Assembly: GCA_044223005.1 (NCBI GenBank) | Contig: JBGAML010000009.1 | Span: 110,785-174,784 of the forward strand | Source: Candidatus Eiseniibacteriota bacterium | GTDB taxonomy: Bacteria > Eisenbacteria > RBG-16-71-46 | Length of the DNA: 64,000 nucleotides | Direction: 5' to 3' | In this document: positions 30,898 to 40,352 of the stretch, piece after piece | Layout of the letters: each line of letters begins with the position of its first letter | Position numbering within the stretch: position 1 is the stretch's first letter | Position numbers and translations under genes: made by a program | The notes under the pieces: generated by a model | What the model was told of the DNA's origin: nothing | Databases searched by the model: none | Seen by the model: the letters and a program-made list of their open reading frames with translations, nothing else

Positions 30898-31722
30898 TCA
30901 GTGGCGCGCGAGCCACGCGACGATCACGGCGGCGAGCACGGCGCGGTAGGCGAAGAAGACGCCGAACCCCACGCGCCGGAGCATCCCGAGCAGCAGGCGG
31001 ATCGCCAGCACGCCGAAGATGCCCGCGCTCACGACGCCGAGCGCGAGCGTCGCCGGCGGCACGTCGTGCGGGACGTCCTTCAGCTTGAGCACGAGCGCGC
31101 CGAACGTGATCGGGGTCGCGAGCAGGAACGAGAACCGCGCCGCGGACACGCGCGAAAGTCCCGCCGCCCGTCCAGCGGTCATCGTGATGCCCGAGCGCGA
31201 GACGCCGGGGACGAGGGCCAGGCACTGGGCGAAGCCCATGCCGAGCGCGGTGCCCCAGCTGGGCGAGCGCTCGTCGCGTCCCGCGCCGCGCGCGCGATCC
31301 ACGAGCCAGAGCACGAGCCCGAACAATGCCAGCATGGCGGCCTGCAGGACGAGCGAGCGGAGCTTGGTCTCGGCGAGTTCGTCGAGGAGCTTGCCGGCGA
31401 TGGCCCCCGGGATCGTGGCGACCACGAGCTTGGCCCAGGTGAGCCGGGCCTCGCGGGCCACCGCCGGGACGGCCGAGAAGGCGTCCGCCAGCAGGGACAT
31501 CCAGTCCTTCCAGAACGCGATGACGAGGGCCACCAGCGTGCCGCCGTGGAGGGCCACGTCGAACGCCAGTCCCTCGTACTTCCAGCCGAGCAGGGTGGGC
31601 ACGACGTAAAGGTGGGCGCTGCTGGAGATCGGGAGGAGCTCGGTGAGCCCCTGGACGGCCCCGAGGACGAGGGCCTGGAACGGCGTGATCGTGGTCGCGA
31701 GCGTGAGAGGGGGCGTCAGCAT
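30898..31722 (-). CDS. uppP: Undecaprenyl-diphosphate phosphatase
   Basis: VQGLTELLPISSSAHL, FDVALHGGT, ALVPGVSRSG and ARFSFLL. Confidence 0.95.
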   Translation of the reverse strand: MLTPPLTLATTITPFQALVLGAVQGLTELLPISSSAHLYVVPTLLGWKYEGLAFDVALHGGTLVALVIAFWKDWMSLLADAFSAVPAVAREARLTWAKLVVATIPGAIAGKLLDELAETKLRSLVLQAAMLALFGLVLWLVDRARGAGRDERSPSWGTALGMGFAQCLALVPGVSRSGITMTAGRAAGLSRVSAARFSFLLATPITFGALVLKLKDVPHDVPPATLALGVVSAGIFGVLAIRLLLGMLRRVGFGVFFAYRAVLAAVIVAWLARH

Positions 31723-32004
31723 GGCGCGGCACGCTAGCACGCACCCGGAGACGTGGCCAGCCCGGGGGCGTGTTCCCCGGCCGGAGCAGGACGGACATTC
31801 GTGCAGGCCGTCACGCAGTTGTCCAGTCCATGCGGCGTTCGGCGCCGAACATTGCTATCCTGCCTCGCGTGAAACGCCTCACGTGCCGATGAGCGACGTG
31901 AGGTGGTTCCACCACCAGCCAGGACGACGCCCCGCGGCCGGCGCCACGCGCGCCCGCGGGCCCCGAAAAGCTCGCGAGCCGTTTCGCTTCGAGGAGGAAG
32001 TTCG

Positions 32005-33303
32005 ATGTCGACCCAGACCGTGACCACGGGCGAGGCCACCCTCACCCTCAACGGCAAGACCATCACGCTGCCGACCGTGACGGGCAGCGAAGGCGAGACG
32101 GCGATCAACGTCGAGAAGCTGCGCGGCCAGACGGGCGCGATCACGCTCGACCCGGGCTACGGCAACACGGGCGCGTGCCGCAGTGCGATCACGTTCATCG
32201 ACGGCGACAAGGGCATCCTGCGCTACCGCGGCTACCCGATCGACCAGCTCGCCGAGAACGCGAGCTTCCTCGAGGTGGCGTGGCTGCTCATCTACGGCGA
32301 GCTGCCGAGTGCGGGCGAGCTCGAGAAGTTCAAGGCGAGCGTGACGCACCACACGCTGCTGCACGAGAACTTCCGTCGCTTCTTCGAGGCGTTCCCCAAG
32401 GACGCGCACCCGATGCCGGTCTGCGCGTCGGCGGTGTCGGCGCTCACGACCTTCTACCAGCAGGCCGAGACGGACGAACTGGTCAACGAGGCGATGATCC
32501 GGCTGATCGCCAAGATGCCGACGATCGCCGCGTGCGCCTACAAGCACTCGATCGGCCAGCCGTTCATGTACCCGAAGAACAACCTCGATTACGCGTCGAA
32601 CTTCCTCTACATGATGTTCGCGACGCCGTGCGAGGACTACAACCCCGATCCGGTGCTCGCGCGCACGCTGGACATGCTGCTCATCCTGCACGCGGACCAC
32701 GAGCAGAACTGCTCGACGAGCACCGTGCGCATGGTCGGCAGCTCGCGCGCGCGGCTCTACGCCAGCGTCGCGGCCGGCATCAACGCGCTCTGGGGCCCGC
32801 TGCACGGCGGCGCGAACCAGGAAGTGATCGAGATGCTCGAGCGCATCGACCAGGAAGAGGGCAGCGCCGAGAAGTTCCTCTACAAGGCCAAGGACCGGAA
32901 CGACACGACGCGCCTGATGGGCTTCGGCCACCGCGTGTACAAGAACTACGATCCGCGCGCCGCGATCCTCAAGAAGCACTGCGACGAGGTCCTGAAGCGC
33001 GTCGGCGTGTCGAACCGCCTGCTCGAGATCGCGATGAAGCTCGAGGAGATCGCGCTCAAGGACGACTACTTCGTCTCGCGCAAGCTCTATCCGAACGTCG
33101 ACTTCTACTCGGGCGTGATCTACAAGGCGCTCAACATCCCGGTGAACCTGTTCACGGTCATGTTCGCCATGGGCCGCATGCCGGGCTGGATCGCGCAGTG
33201 GCTCGAGATGCGGCGCGATCCGGACTTCAAGATCTCGCGCCCGCGCCAGATCTACACGGGCTACACGCAGCGCGACTACGTGCCGGTGGACCGCCGCGGC
33301 TGA
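32005..33303 (+). CDS. gltA: Citrate synthase (type II)
   Basis: GAGGAGG RBS; DPGY, LRYRGY, HADHEQNCST, GPLHGGAN, MGFGHRVYK and YPNVDFYSG. Confidence 0.97.
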   Translation: MSTQTVTTGEATLTLNGKTITLPTVTGSEGETAINVEKLRGQTGAITLDPGYGNTGACRSAITFIDGDKGILRYRGYPIDQLAENASFLEVAWLLIYGELPSAGELEKFKASVTHHTLLHENFRRFFEAFPKDAHPMPVCASAVSALTTFYQQAETDELVNEAMIRLIAKMPTIAACAYKHSIGQPFMYPKNNLDYASNFLYMMFATPCEDYNPDPVLARTLDMLLILHADHEQNCSTSTVRMVGSSRARLYASVAAGINALWGPLHGGANQEVIEMLERIDQEEGSAEKFLYKAKDRNDTTRLMGFGHRVYKNYDPRAAILKKHCDEVLKRVGVSNRLLEIAMKLEEIALKDDYFVSRKLYPNVDFYSGVIYKALNIPVNLFTVMFAMGRMPGWIAQWLEMRRDPDFKISRPRQIYTGYTQRDYVPVDRRG

Positions 33304-33334
33304 TCGGCGAAGCCACGGACGCCACGTTCACGAC

Positions 33335-33363
33335 GCGGCCGGGTCCTTCACGGGCCCGGCCGC
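33335..33363 (+). terminator. Hairpin after gltA
   Basis: GCGGCCGGGTCC-ttcac-GGGCCCGGCCGC. Confidence 0.6.
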
Positions 33364-33470
33364 CGTCGTCTTGGGAGAGGGCCCGCGGGCGTTGTGGCGC
33401 CCGGGGTGAGCGCTTATGCTGCGCCCCCTCCGGGCCGCCGTCGGCGGGCCCGCGCCACGGAGGCCCGTCC

Positions 33471-34310
33471 ATGAACGACCGCCGCGCCTACGTCACGCTG
33501 CTCGCGACCTCCGACTACCTCCCCGGAGTCGCGGCGTTGTCGGCCTCGCTCGCGGCGACGGGGGCGAAGCACCCGCTGCACGTGCTGGTGACCGAGGACC
33601 TCCCGGCGGCGACCGTGGCGCGCGCGGAGCGGCTGGCGGCGTCGGTGATCCGGGTGCCGCCGATCACGAACCCGGCACCGGGCACGACCTACCGGCACTG
33701 GAACGCGACCTATTCCAAGCTGCGGATCTTCGGGCTCGTGCAGTTCGAGAAGCTCGTGTTCGTGGATTGCGACATGGTCGTGTGCGCGAACCTCGACGAC
33801 CTGTTCGAACGCCCGCACTTCTCCGCCGTCAACTCGGGCGGGATGCTGCCCGAGCACGCGGACTGGATGACGCTCAACTCCGGCCTGCTCGTGCTGCAGC
33901 CCGACGCTTCGGAGTCCGAGCGCATGCTGTCGCTCGTCGGCAAGCTGAAGACCACCGACCACGGCGACCAGACGTTCCTGCACGCCTACTTCCCCGAGTG
34001 GCCGCAGCGCGCCGACCTGCACCTCGACCACGGAGACAACATGTTCCACGACCAGGTGGATCGCTACGCCGAGGAGTTCGGCTACCGCTTCCCGCGCGGG
34101 GAGGAAACGCGGACCGGGAAGCCCGCGGGCCCCGGCCGGCTGATCCGCGTGGTGCATTTCGTCGGCGGGCTCAAGCCCTGGCACCGGAGCGCGCTGCGCG
34201 TGCACCTGACGGGCCTGCTGGGGGGCGAGACGGCGCGGCATCGCGAAGCCCGCAGCCGCTGGTACGCCGCGGCGCTCGCGGCGCGGTTCCTCGGGCGCGC
34301 GCAGCGCTGA
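33471..34310 (+). CDS. GT8 glycosyltransferase, glycogenin/galactinol-synthase-like
   Basis: AYVTLL, YSKLRIFGLVQFEKLVFVDCD, LDDLF, NSGLLVLQP, GDQ and VVHFVGGLKPW; GGAGG RBS. Confidence 0.87.
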   Translation: MNDRRAYVTLLATSDYLPGVAALSASLAATGAKHPLHVLVTEDLPAATVARAERLAASVIRVPPITNPAPGTTYRHWNATYSKLRIFGLVQFEKLVFVDCDMVVCANLDDLFERPHFSAVNSGGMLPEHADWMTLNSGLLVLQPDASESERMLSLVGKLKTTDHGDQTFLHAYFPEWPQRADLHLDHGDNMFHDQVDRYAEEFGYRFPRGEETRTGKPAGPGRLIRVVHFVGGLKPWHRSALRVHLTGLLGGETARHREARSRWYAAALAARFLGRAQR

Positions 34311-34331
34311 CGCGCGCCGGGACGCAAGCGA

Positions 34332-34364
34332 ACGGGCCGCGCTCCGCAGGGGAGCGCGGCCCGT
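34332..34364. terminator. Hairpin between convergent genes
   Basis: ACGGGCCGCGCTCC-gcagg-GGAGCGCGGCCCGT, a perfect 14-bp stem. Confidence 0.75.
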
Positions 34365-34380
34365 CGCGTCTCGGCGTCCG

Positions 34381-37300
34381 TCAGCGCAGGCGCACGAGGT
34401 CGCGCACGAGCCGGTCGCGGCCGGCGTGCACCACGGCCCAGTAGAGCCCGGCGTTGGCCTCGCGGCCCGAGGCGTCGCGGCCGTCCCACGCCAGGGCGTG
34501 CTGGCCGGCGGCGAGGTGCCCGTACGAGACACGCCGCACGAGGCGCCCGGTGACGTCGACCACGTCCAGCGTGACGTCGTCGGCACGCGGCATCGTGAGC
34601 CGCAGCGCGGCCTTCCCGTGGAACGGGTTGCCCACCGCGGTCAGGGCGAACGCCAGCGGCGCGCCGCCCGGTCCCACGCTCGTGGTGACGAGCCGCAGCG
34701 AGTCGGCGAGCATGCGGACCGGGGTCGACTTCCCGCGCGTGGACCACGCGGTCATCAGCGTGTTCCCCGCGGTGTTGGTCGAGTTCTCGGTCTGCAGGAA
34801 CTCCACGTACTCCTTGGAAGCGGTCTGGTACCAGACCTCCGCCGTCACGTTGCGTGCCGTCGGCGGCAGCGGGTACGACGTGTCGTCGTAGTTCTGCCCG
34901 TCGGCGTAGCGCGGCGAGGGCCGCGACGAATCCACCGGCTTGCCGCCGAACACGTCGAATGACGCGTTGGAGAAGCCGAGCGGCGGGATGCGGTTGTCCT
35001 TGTAGATCGTGTCGTTGAGCGCGAAGTGGAAGCTCGGTCCCGACGGCAGCGTCAACGCCGAGGCGAAGCCGGGCGAGAGCCCGAGTTCGGCCTCGTACAC
35101 CTGCGCGTACGCGTCGCTCGCCAGCGTCCCGGTCGAGCCGTCGTAGGCGCCCGACTCGAAGACGACGTTGCCACCGTCGTCCTTCGCGACCAGGTGGACC
35201 CACATGCGCCGGCCTTCCGGATAACCGGTGGGCAGCTTGTGCCCGGTGTTGTTCGTGATCCGCACGGTGGCGCGGAAGCTGTCGCCGGCCGCCGCCGAAC
35301 TCAGCTGTAGCGAGGCCGCGTTCTGGAGCATGTAGGTCGCACGGGCGCTCGTCGCGGCGAGTGCGATCGTGTCCACCTCGCTCGTGTAGAGCGACGCGAC
35401 GACGCCGGGCATCCACGCGTTGCCGCCGGTGAAGTCGTGCAGCGGCAGGTTGGTGCGCGTGGGCGAGCCGGGGATGTTGCAGCCCGGGCCCGTCACCTGG
35501 CGCATGTGGCAGTCCTGGCAGGACGACACCACGCCGCCGGGGGCGTTGCCCGCGAACGCGGGCGAGTTGACGCCGAACGGGAAGAGGCTCGCCTTCCACT
35601 CGGACAGCGTGCGCTCGAGCGGCATCAGCGTGTTCGGGCTGATCGAATCCGCCGGGGCGTCCAGCGGTCCGGCGGCGTACTTGGCGCCGCTCACGCGGTT
35701 GAACACCGGGTTCGAGACGTCGTGGCAGGTGCCGCACATCTCGCTGCGCGTGTGGAACGAGGACGTGAGGAACGAGTGCGGCGCCGCGGCGTCCGAGAAC
35801 GGCCCGCGCTTGCGCGGGTCGGAGTCGACGACGTACTGGCCATTGCCGTACGTGGTCGGCCGGTGCGCGGGCAGCATCCCGGCGAGGATCGTGGCGTCCT
35901 CGACCGGGTTCACGCCGGGCTTGTAGTTGGGATCGACCATGCGGTGGCAGAAGTCGCACGTCACGCCGTCGCGCGTGGTCGCGTCGAGATTGGCGCCGCT
36001 GGTGGGCTGGCTCTTGCCGGAGAGCCACGCCATGGGCGAGTGGCAGCGCAGGCACATGTCGCCGGAGGAGGGCGCGTCCTGCTCCGCCACCGCGAGGCAG
36101 GCGTAGAAGAGCGGGTCGCGCGCGGCCTGGCCCATCATGGAGCCCTTCCAGTTGTGGCCGGGCTCGACGGCGGCGTTGTAGCCGGCGTGGCACGTGAGGC
36201 ACGAGCTGCTGGTCGAGATCGAGCCCGCGTTCAGCGGCTGCGTGCCCGCCTGGAAGAAGTCGCGCAGCGTGGTCGGCACGCGGCCGCCCGGTGTCTGCAC
36301 GATGTTGAACCACGCGTGGCTGCTGTCCGAGCCGGCCGCGTTCGACGCGTCGTGCGCGACCACGCGCACGCGCGCGTGCGGCGTGGGCGTGTTGTGCACG
36401 GCCCACGGGAACGTGCCCGAGTTCGTGATGCCGACGGCGAGCGGCGTCCACGGCGAGGTGTCGTCCTCGCGGTAGGCGACGTCGATGCTCGTCACACCGA
36501 CGTCGTCGGTCGCGTTCCAGGTGATGTTGTGCGTGGTGCCGCCGGTCCAGCTCTCGCTGCCGGTCGGCGAAGTCACCGTGACGCTCGGCGCGCTGTTGGT
36601 GAACGTCCAGTTGCCGCCGCCGAAGTCGTCCCACGTCGTCGCGCTGAGGTCGGTGGGCATCCAGCCGATGTAGCCGCTGTTGGCGTGGTAGGCGAAGCCG
36701 ACCACCGACACCTGCGCGATCGGCGTCGCGTTCTTGTAGATCTCGAGCAGCCCGTTGCCGAACGCGCGCGCCCCGAAGCGGTCGCCGGCCGCGAACGTGA
36801 CGTTGTCGATGTACGCCCAGTCCTGGAAGCCGACGTTGGGGTCGAAGCTGTTGACGTGGATGCGGTGCCGCACGGCGTCGTAGTTGACGCCGAGGAAGCC
36901 GTACGCGAACCCGGGGCCCTGCGCCTTGAGCATGAGCGCGTTCTCGGGCGCCGTGGAGTCGTAGGTCGAGAACGTGATGTAGCACTCCTGGTCGGCGCCG
37001 AACGACTGGCCCATCCAGACGGCGGTGGCGCCGTTGCCGGTGATGCGCAGCTTGTTGCTGTTCACGGACAGGGCGGCGAGGTCGCCGGCCCACGGGCTGC
37101 CGATGGCGCCGTTCGCGCGGTTGAAGTTGTCGCGCACCGGCGTCGTCGGGAAGGCCGAGTTCGTGCCGACGTTGACGTTCACGGTCGCCTGCGACTGGCC
37201 GCCGTGGCCGTCGTCGACGGTGAGGATCGCGGTGAAGGGTCCGGACGTCTGGTAGACATGGCTCGGGTTTGCGCTCGTGGAGGTGCCGCCGTCGCCGAAC

Positions 37301-38811
37301 GTCCACGCGTACGTGATCGTGTTGCCGTCCGGATCGAAGCTGCCCGAGCCGTTGAAGTTCACGCTGAGCGGCATCACGCCCGAGGTGACGGACGCGATGG
37401 CCGAGGCGACGGGCGGCGTGTTGCCCCCGGTCGATCCCGTGTAGCGGATCCGGCGCACCTGTCCGGTCGTGATCGAGACGTAGTAGACGTTGCTGTCCGG
37501 CCCCATCGCGAAGTCCACCGGCGCGTCCATGTTCTCGCCGAAGGGCGAGATCGCGAGCAGGTTGCCGTAGGAGTCGAACGTGGCGACCTGGATCCAGCCG
37601 TCGGCGTAGTCGCCGAAGAAGTAGCGGCCGCGGTAGCTCGCCGGGTAGCTCGTCGACGTGTAGAAGATGCCGCCCACGGCGGCCGCGCCCACGTACCCGG
37701 GGGGGACGCTCAGGTTGGGATTGCCGTGGTTCCAGTACGCGGCCGGCGCGCGATAGGGCGCGGGATTCGTGCCCGAACCGACCGAGCCGCAGCCGTTGTG
37801 TGCCGGGGTGGCGGTGGCGTAGCCGGGGCCGGGATCGGACTGCGGCCCCTCGACACAGGGCCAGCCGAAGTTCTGCCCGGGCGCGGTGACGACGTTCATC
37901 TCCTCCCACGTGTTCCAGCCGACGTCGCCGAGCACGATCTGGCCGGGATTGCCCGCGGTCGTGTCCACGCTGCCGGTGCCGGGGCGGATCACGAACCGGA
38001 ACGGATTGCGCAGGCCGTAGGCCCAGACCTTCGCGCGCGTCGCGCGGATGTCGCCGGAGGTGTAGGGGTTGCTCGCATACCCGAAGCCGTTCTCGGGATT
38101 GATGCGGAACACCTTGCCGTTCATGATCGTGATGTCCTGCGCGCGGAACGCCCCGATGTCGTCGTACGTCGATGTCATGCCCGGGCCGACGCCCGCGGGC
38201 TGGTGCCCGCCTTCGTCCACGTAGTCGAAGCTCGCGCCTTCGCCTGCCGTGAACATCAGCGAACCGTCGCGGCCCCAGCGCAGTGAACCGATCGAGTGGG
38301 AGTTCGAGAGCTGGGTCGGGCCGTGCGGCCAATCGACGCCCACGAGCACGGCGCGCGAAGCGAGGTTCACGACGTTCGTGTCGCCGGTGGTGTTCATGGT
38401 GAAGCGCACGAGCCGGCCGAAGCCATAGAGGTTCGCGTCGACGCCGTCGGAGTCGGGGTCGACGGTGTAGAGGAAGTAGACCCGGTGGTTCACGAAGTAG
38501 TTCGGGTCCACCGCGATGCTCAGGAAGCCACGGTCGTTGTTGTCGAGCACCTGGTTCTGGTTGTCCCAGACCGGCGTCGGGCGCTTGACGCCGTTGACCA
38601 CCATCCACACGGTGCCCTGCTTTTCGCCGACCAGCGCCCGGCCGTCCGGCAGGAACGCGACGCAGGTGGGTACGGTGAACGACTGGCCCGACCAGGCGTT
38701 CTCGACCACGAACTGGCTGGGGACCGTGACGGCGCGCGCGGGCGGCGCGGGCCAGCACGCGAGCGCGAGACCGAGCGCGAGCAGGCGGAGGGAGAGCAGG
38801 CGCAACGACAC
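34381..38811 (-). CDS. Secreted multidomain protein: GSDH/PQQ-type sugar dehydrogenase propeller, PKD, beta-sandwich, Ig, pentaheme cytochrome c and FlgD-Ig C-terminal domain
   Basis: GTG 38811 with GGAGG and a signal peptide; HSIGSL, NGKVFRI, YGLRNPFR, DVGWNTWEE and NFGWP; PKD motif YAWTFGDG; five CxxCH motifs; C-terminal DVTGRLVR...WDGRDASG...GLY. Confidence 0.85.
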   Translation of the reverse strand: MSLRLLSLRLLALGLALACWPAPPARAVTVPSQFVVENAWSGQSFTVPTCVAFLPDGRALVGEKQGTVWMVVNGVKRPTPVWDNQNQVLDNNDRGFLSIAVDPNYFVNHRVYFLYTVDPDSDGVDANLYGFGRLVRFTMNTTGDTNVVNLASRAVLVGVDWPHGPTQLSNSHSIGSLRWGRDGSLMFTAGEGASFDYVDEGGHQPAGVGPGMTSTYDDIGAFRAQDITIMNGKVFRINPENGFGYASNPYTSGDIRATRAKVWAYGLRNPFRFVIRPGTGSVDTTAGNPGQIVLGDVGWNTWEEMNVVTAPGQNFGWPCVEGPQSDPGPGYATATPAHNGCGSVGSGTNPAPYRAPAAYWNHGNPNLSVPPGYVGAAAVGGIFYTSTSYPASYRGRYFFGDYADGWIQVATFDSYGNLLAISPFGENMDAPVDFAMGPDSNVYYVSITTGQVRRIRYTGSTGGNTPPVASAIASVTSGVMPLSVNFNGSGSFDPDGNTITYAWTFGDGGTSTSANPSHVYQTSGPFTAILTVDDGHGGQSQATVNVNVGTNSAFPTTPVRDNFNRANGAIGSPWAGDLAALSVNSNKLRITGNGATAVWMGQSFGADQECYITFSTYDSTAPENALMLKAQGPGFAYGFLGVNYDAVRHRIHVNSFDPNVGFQDWAYIDNVTFAAGDRFGARAFGNGLLEIYKNATPIAQVSVVGFAYHANSGYIGWMPTDLSATTWDDFGGGNWTFTNSAPSVTVTSPTGSESWTGGTTHNITWNATDDVGVTSIDVAYREDDTSPWTPLAVGITNSGTFPWAVHNTPTPHARVRVVAHDASNAAGSDSSHAWFNIVQTPGGRVPTTLRDFFQAGTQPLNAGSISTSSSCLTCHAGYNAAVEPGHNWKGSMMGQAARDPLFYACLAVAEQDAPSSGDMCLRCHSPMAWLSGKSQPTSGANLDATTRDGVTCDFCHRMVDPNYKPGVNPVEDATILAGMLPAHRPTTYGNGQYVVDSDPRKRGPFSDAAAPHSFLTSSFHTRSEMCGTCHDVSNPVFNRVSGAKYAAGPLDAPADSISPNTLMPLERTLSEWKASLFPFGVNSPAFAGNAPGGVVSSCQDCHMRQVTGPGCNIPGSPTRTNLPLHDFTGGNAWMPGVVASLYTSEVDTIALAATSARATYMLQNAASLQLSSAAAGDSFRATVRITNNTGHKLPTGYPEGRRMWVHLVAKDDGGNVVFESGAYDGSTGTLASDAYAQVYEAELGLSPGFASALTLPSGPSFHFALNDTIYKDNRIPPLGFSNASFDVFGGKPVDSSRPSPRYADGQNYDDTSYPLPPTARNVTAEVWYQTASKEYVEFLQTENSTNTAGNTLMTAWSTRGKSTPVRMLADSLRLVTTSVGPGGAPLAFALTAVGNPFHGKAALRLTMPRADDVTLDVVDVTGRLVRRVSYGHLAAGQHALAWDGRDASGREANAGLYWAVVHAGRDRLVRDLVRLR

Positions 38812-39070
38812 GAAGAGCCTCCGGGGAGAGCAGACCGGCGGAAAGATGTGGGGTTTTCCGAACTTCCTGAGCATAGCGCGCGCCGAAACCCCGACCTAGC
38901 GGCTTTACGCCCGATTCGAGGCGTTTCGAGCGCTCGGAAAGCGGCTCGAAACACTTTTCGGCGGGCGCCCGGCGAACCGCTTCCCGTTTCCGCCAAGCCC
39001 TGCGGATTGCATTCCGCACGCCCGCCGGGCCGAGGGCAACGGCGGACGGACGCAGCGGCGGGTGCTTCGC

Positions 39071-40351
39071 TCAGCCGCGCGTGAGGATGCGGCGGTAGAT
39101 GCCCGCGAGCGTGCGGACCTGCGCCTCGAGCCGGAACGTCTCGCTCGCGCGTTCGCAGGCCGCGGCGCCCATGCGTTCGAGCGCGGCGCGATCGGCGAGG
39201 AGCGTCGCGAGCGTCTCGCCCAGCGCGGCCGCGTCGCGCGGAGGCACGAGGCGGCCGTCGACGCCGTCGCGGACGATGTCCGGCAGTGCGCCCTCGGCCG
39301 GCGCGACGACGGCCGTGCGGGCCGCCATGGCCTCGACGACGACCATGCCGAAGGGCTCGGGCTGCACCGACGTGTGCACCGCGAGGTCGGCGGCGGCGAA
39401 GAGGTTCGCGAGATCGGCGCGCTGTCCGGCGAGCACCACGCGGCGTTCGAGCCCGAGCGTGCGGATCCGCTCGCGCAGCTTCTGCTCGAACGCGGGCTCC
39501 ACCGTGCTGCCGCAGAGCAGCCAGCGGAACGCGATCCCGGCGCTCGCGAGATGATGCGCGGCCTCCACGGCGAGGTCCTGGCCCTTCCACGCCTGCAGGT
39601 GTCCGGCGGTGACGAGGAGCGCCTCGCCGGGGGCGAGGCCGAGCGACACGCGCGTCGCCTCGGGCGGTGCGAACGGGCCGAACGCCTCGCGCGGGACGCC
39701 GTTGGGGAGCAGGTCCACCCGCACGTTGCCGCCGCAGAACGCGCGCACGCGCTCCATGCGCTCGTGCGTGAGGCACAGCACCGACGCCGCCTCGCGCGCG
39801 ATCACGCGCCACGCGCCGGCGGGGGCGCGCCAGAGGCCGTGCTCGTGCAGCACGAACGGCACGCGGCGGAGTTTCGCGAGGTGGTACCACGTCCAGTCCG
39901 AGTGCATGCCACCGTTGAAGTGGATCAGGTGCAGCGGCCGCTTCGCGTGGGGCAGGAGCTTGCGCGCCGCGCGCGGGTCGCTCCAGTGCATGCGCATCGC
40001 GCCGCGCAACTCGCGCACCGCGTGGCGTGGCCACGAGAGCTTCGGTTCGCCAGTCGCGGTGCGCGTCACGCCGGCGGCGAGCAGGCGGCCGCTCACGCCC
40101 GCCGGAGCGTCGTCGGCCGGCGGCGTGGCGCCGGCGAGTTCGGCGGCCACGGTCACCGGCACGCCGCGGCGAGTCAGGTCGCCGACCCACGGGCCCTGGC
40201 GGACGAACAGCACGCGGACGGCCCATGCATCGGGGTCGAGGCCGGTCGCGAGGTGCACGAGCACGCGCTTGGAGCCGCCGTACGACGCGTACGGGCTCGG
40301 CTCGACGAACAGGATCGCCGGGCGGCGGTCGGGACTCGGGGCGGGGCTCAC
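39071..40351 (-). CDS. Glycosyltransferase family 4
   Basis: YGGSKR, PNGV, WKGQD and EPFGMVVVEAMA; GTG start just after the GT2 stop. Confidence 0.9.
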   Translation of the reverse strand: MSPAPSPDRRPAILFVEPSPYASYGGSKRVLVHLATGLDPDAWAVRVLFVRQGPWVGDLTRRGVPVTVAAELAGATPPADDAPAGVSGRLLAAGVTRTATGEPKLSWPRHAVRELRGAMRMHWSDPRAARKLLPHAKRPLHLIHFNGGMHSDWTWYHLAKLRRVPFVLHEHGLWRAPAGAWRVIAREAASVLCLTHERMERVRAFCGGNVRVDLLPNGVPREAFGPFAPPEATRVSLGLAPGEALLVTAGHLQAWKGQDLAVEAAHHLASAGIAFRWLLCGSTVEPAFEQKLRERIRTLGLERRVVLAGQRADLANLFAAADLAVHTSVQPEPFGMVVVEAMAARTAVVAPAEGALPDIVRDGVDGRLVPPRDAAALGETLATLLADRAALERMGAAACERASETFRLEAQVRTLAGIYRRILTRG

Positions 40352-40352
40352 G

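Noticed and set aside
31860..32004. Long gltA leader with a hairpin (CGCCTCACGT/ACGTGAGGTG) as a riboswitch
   Set aside because: It is a single hairpin with no recognisable aptamer motif or expression platform.
38812..38874. ATG 38874 as the start of the large fusion gene
   Set aside because: It overlaps a -10-like TATGCT. GTG 38811 has a GGAGG SD and gives a proper signal peptide.
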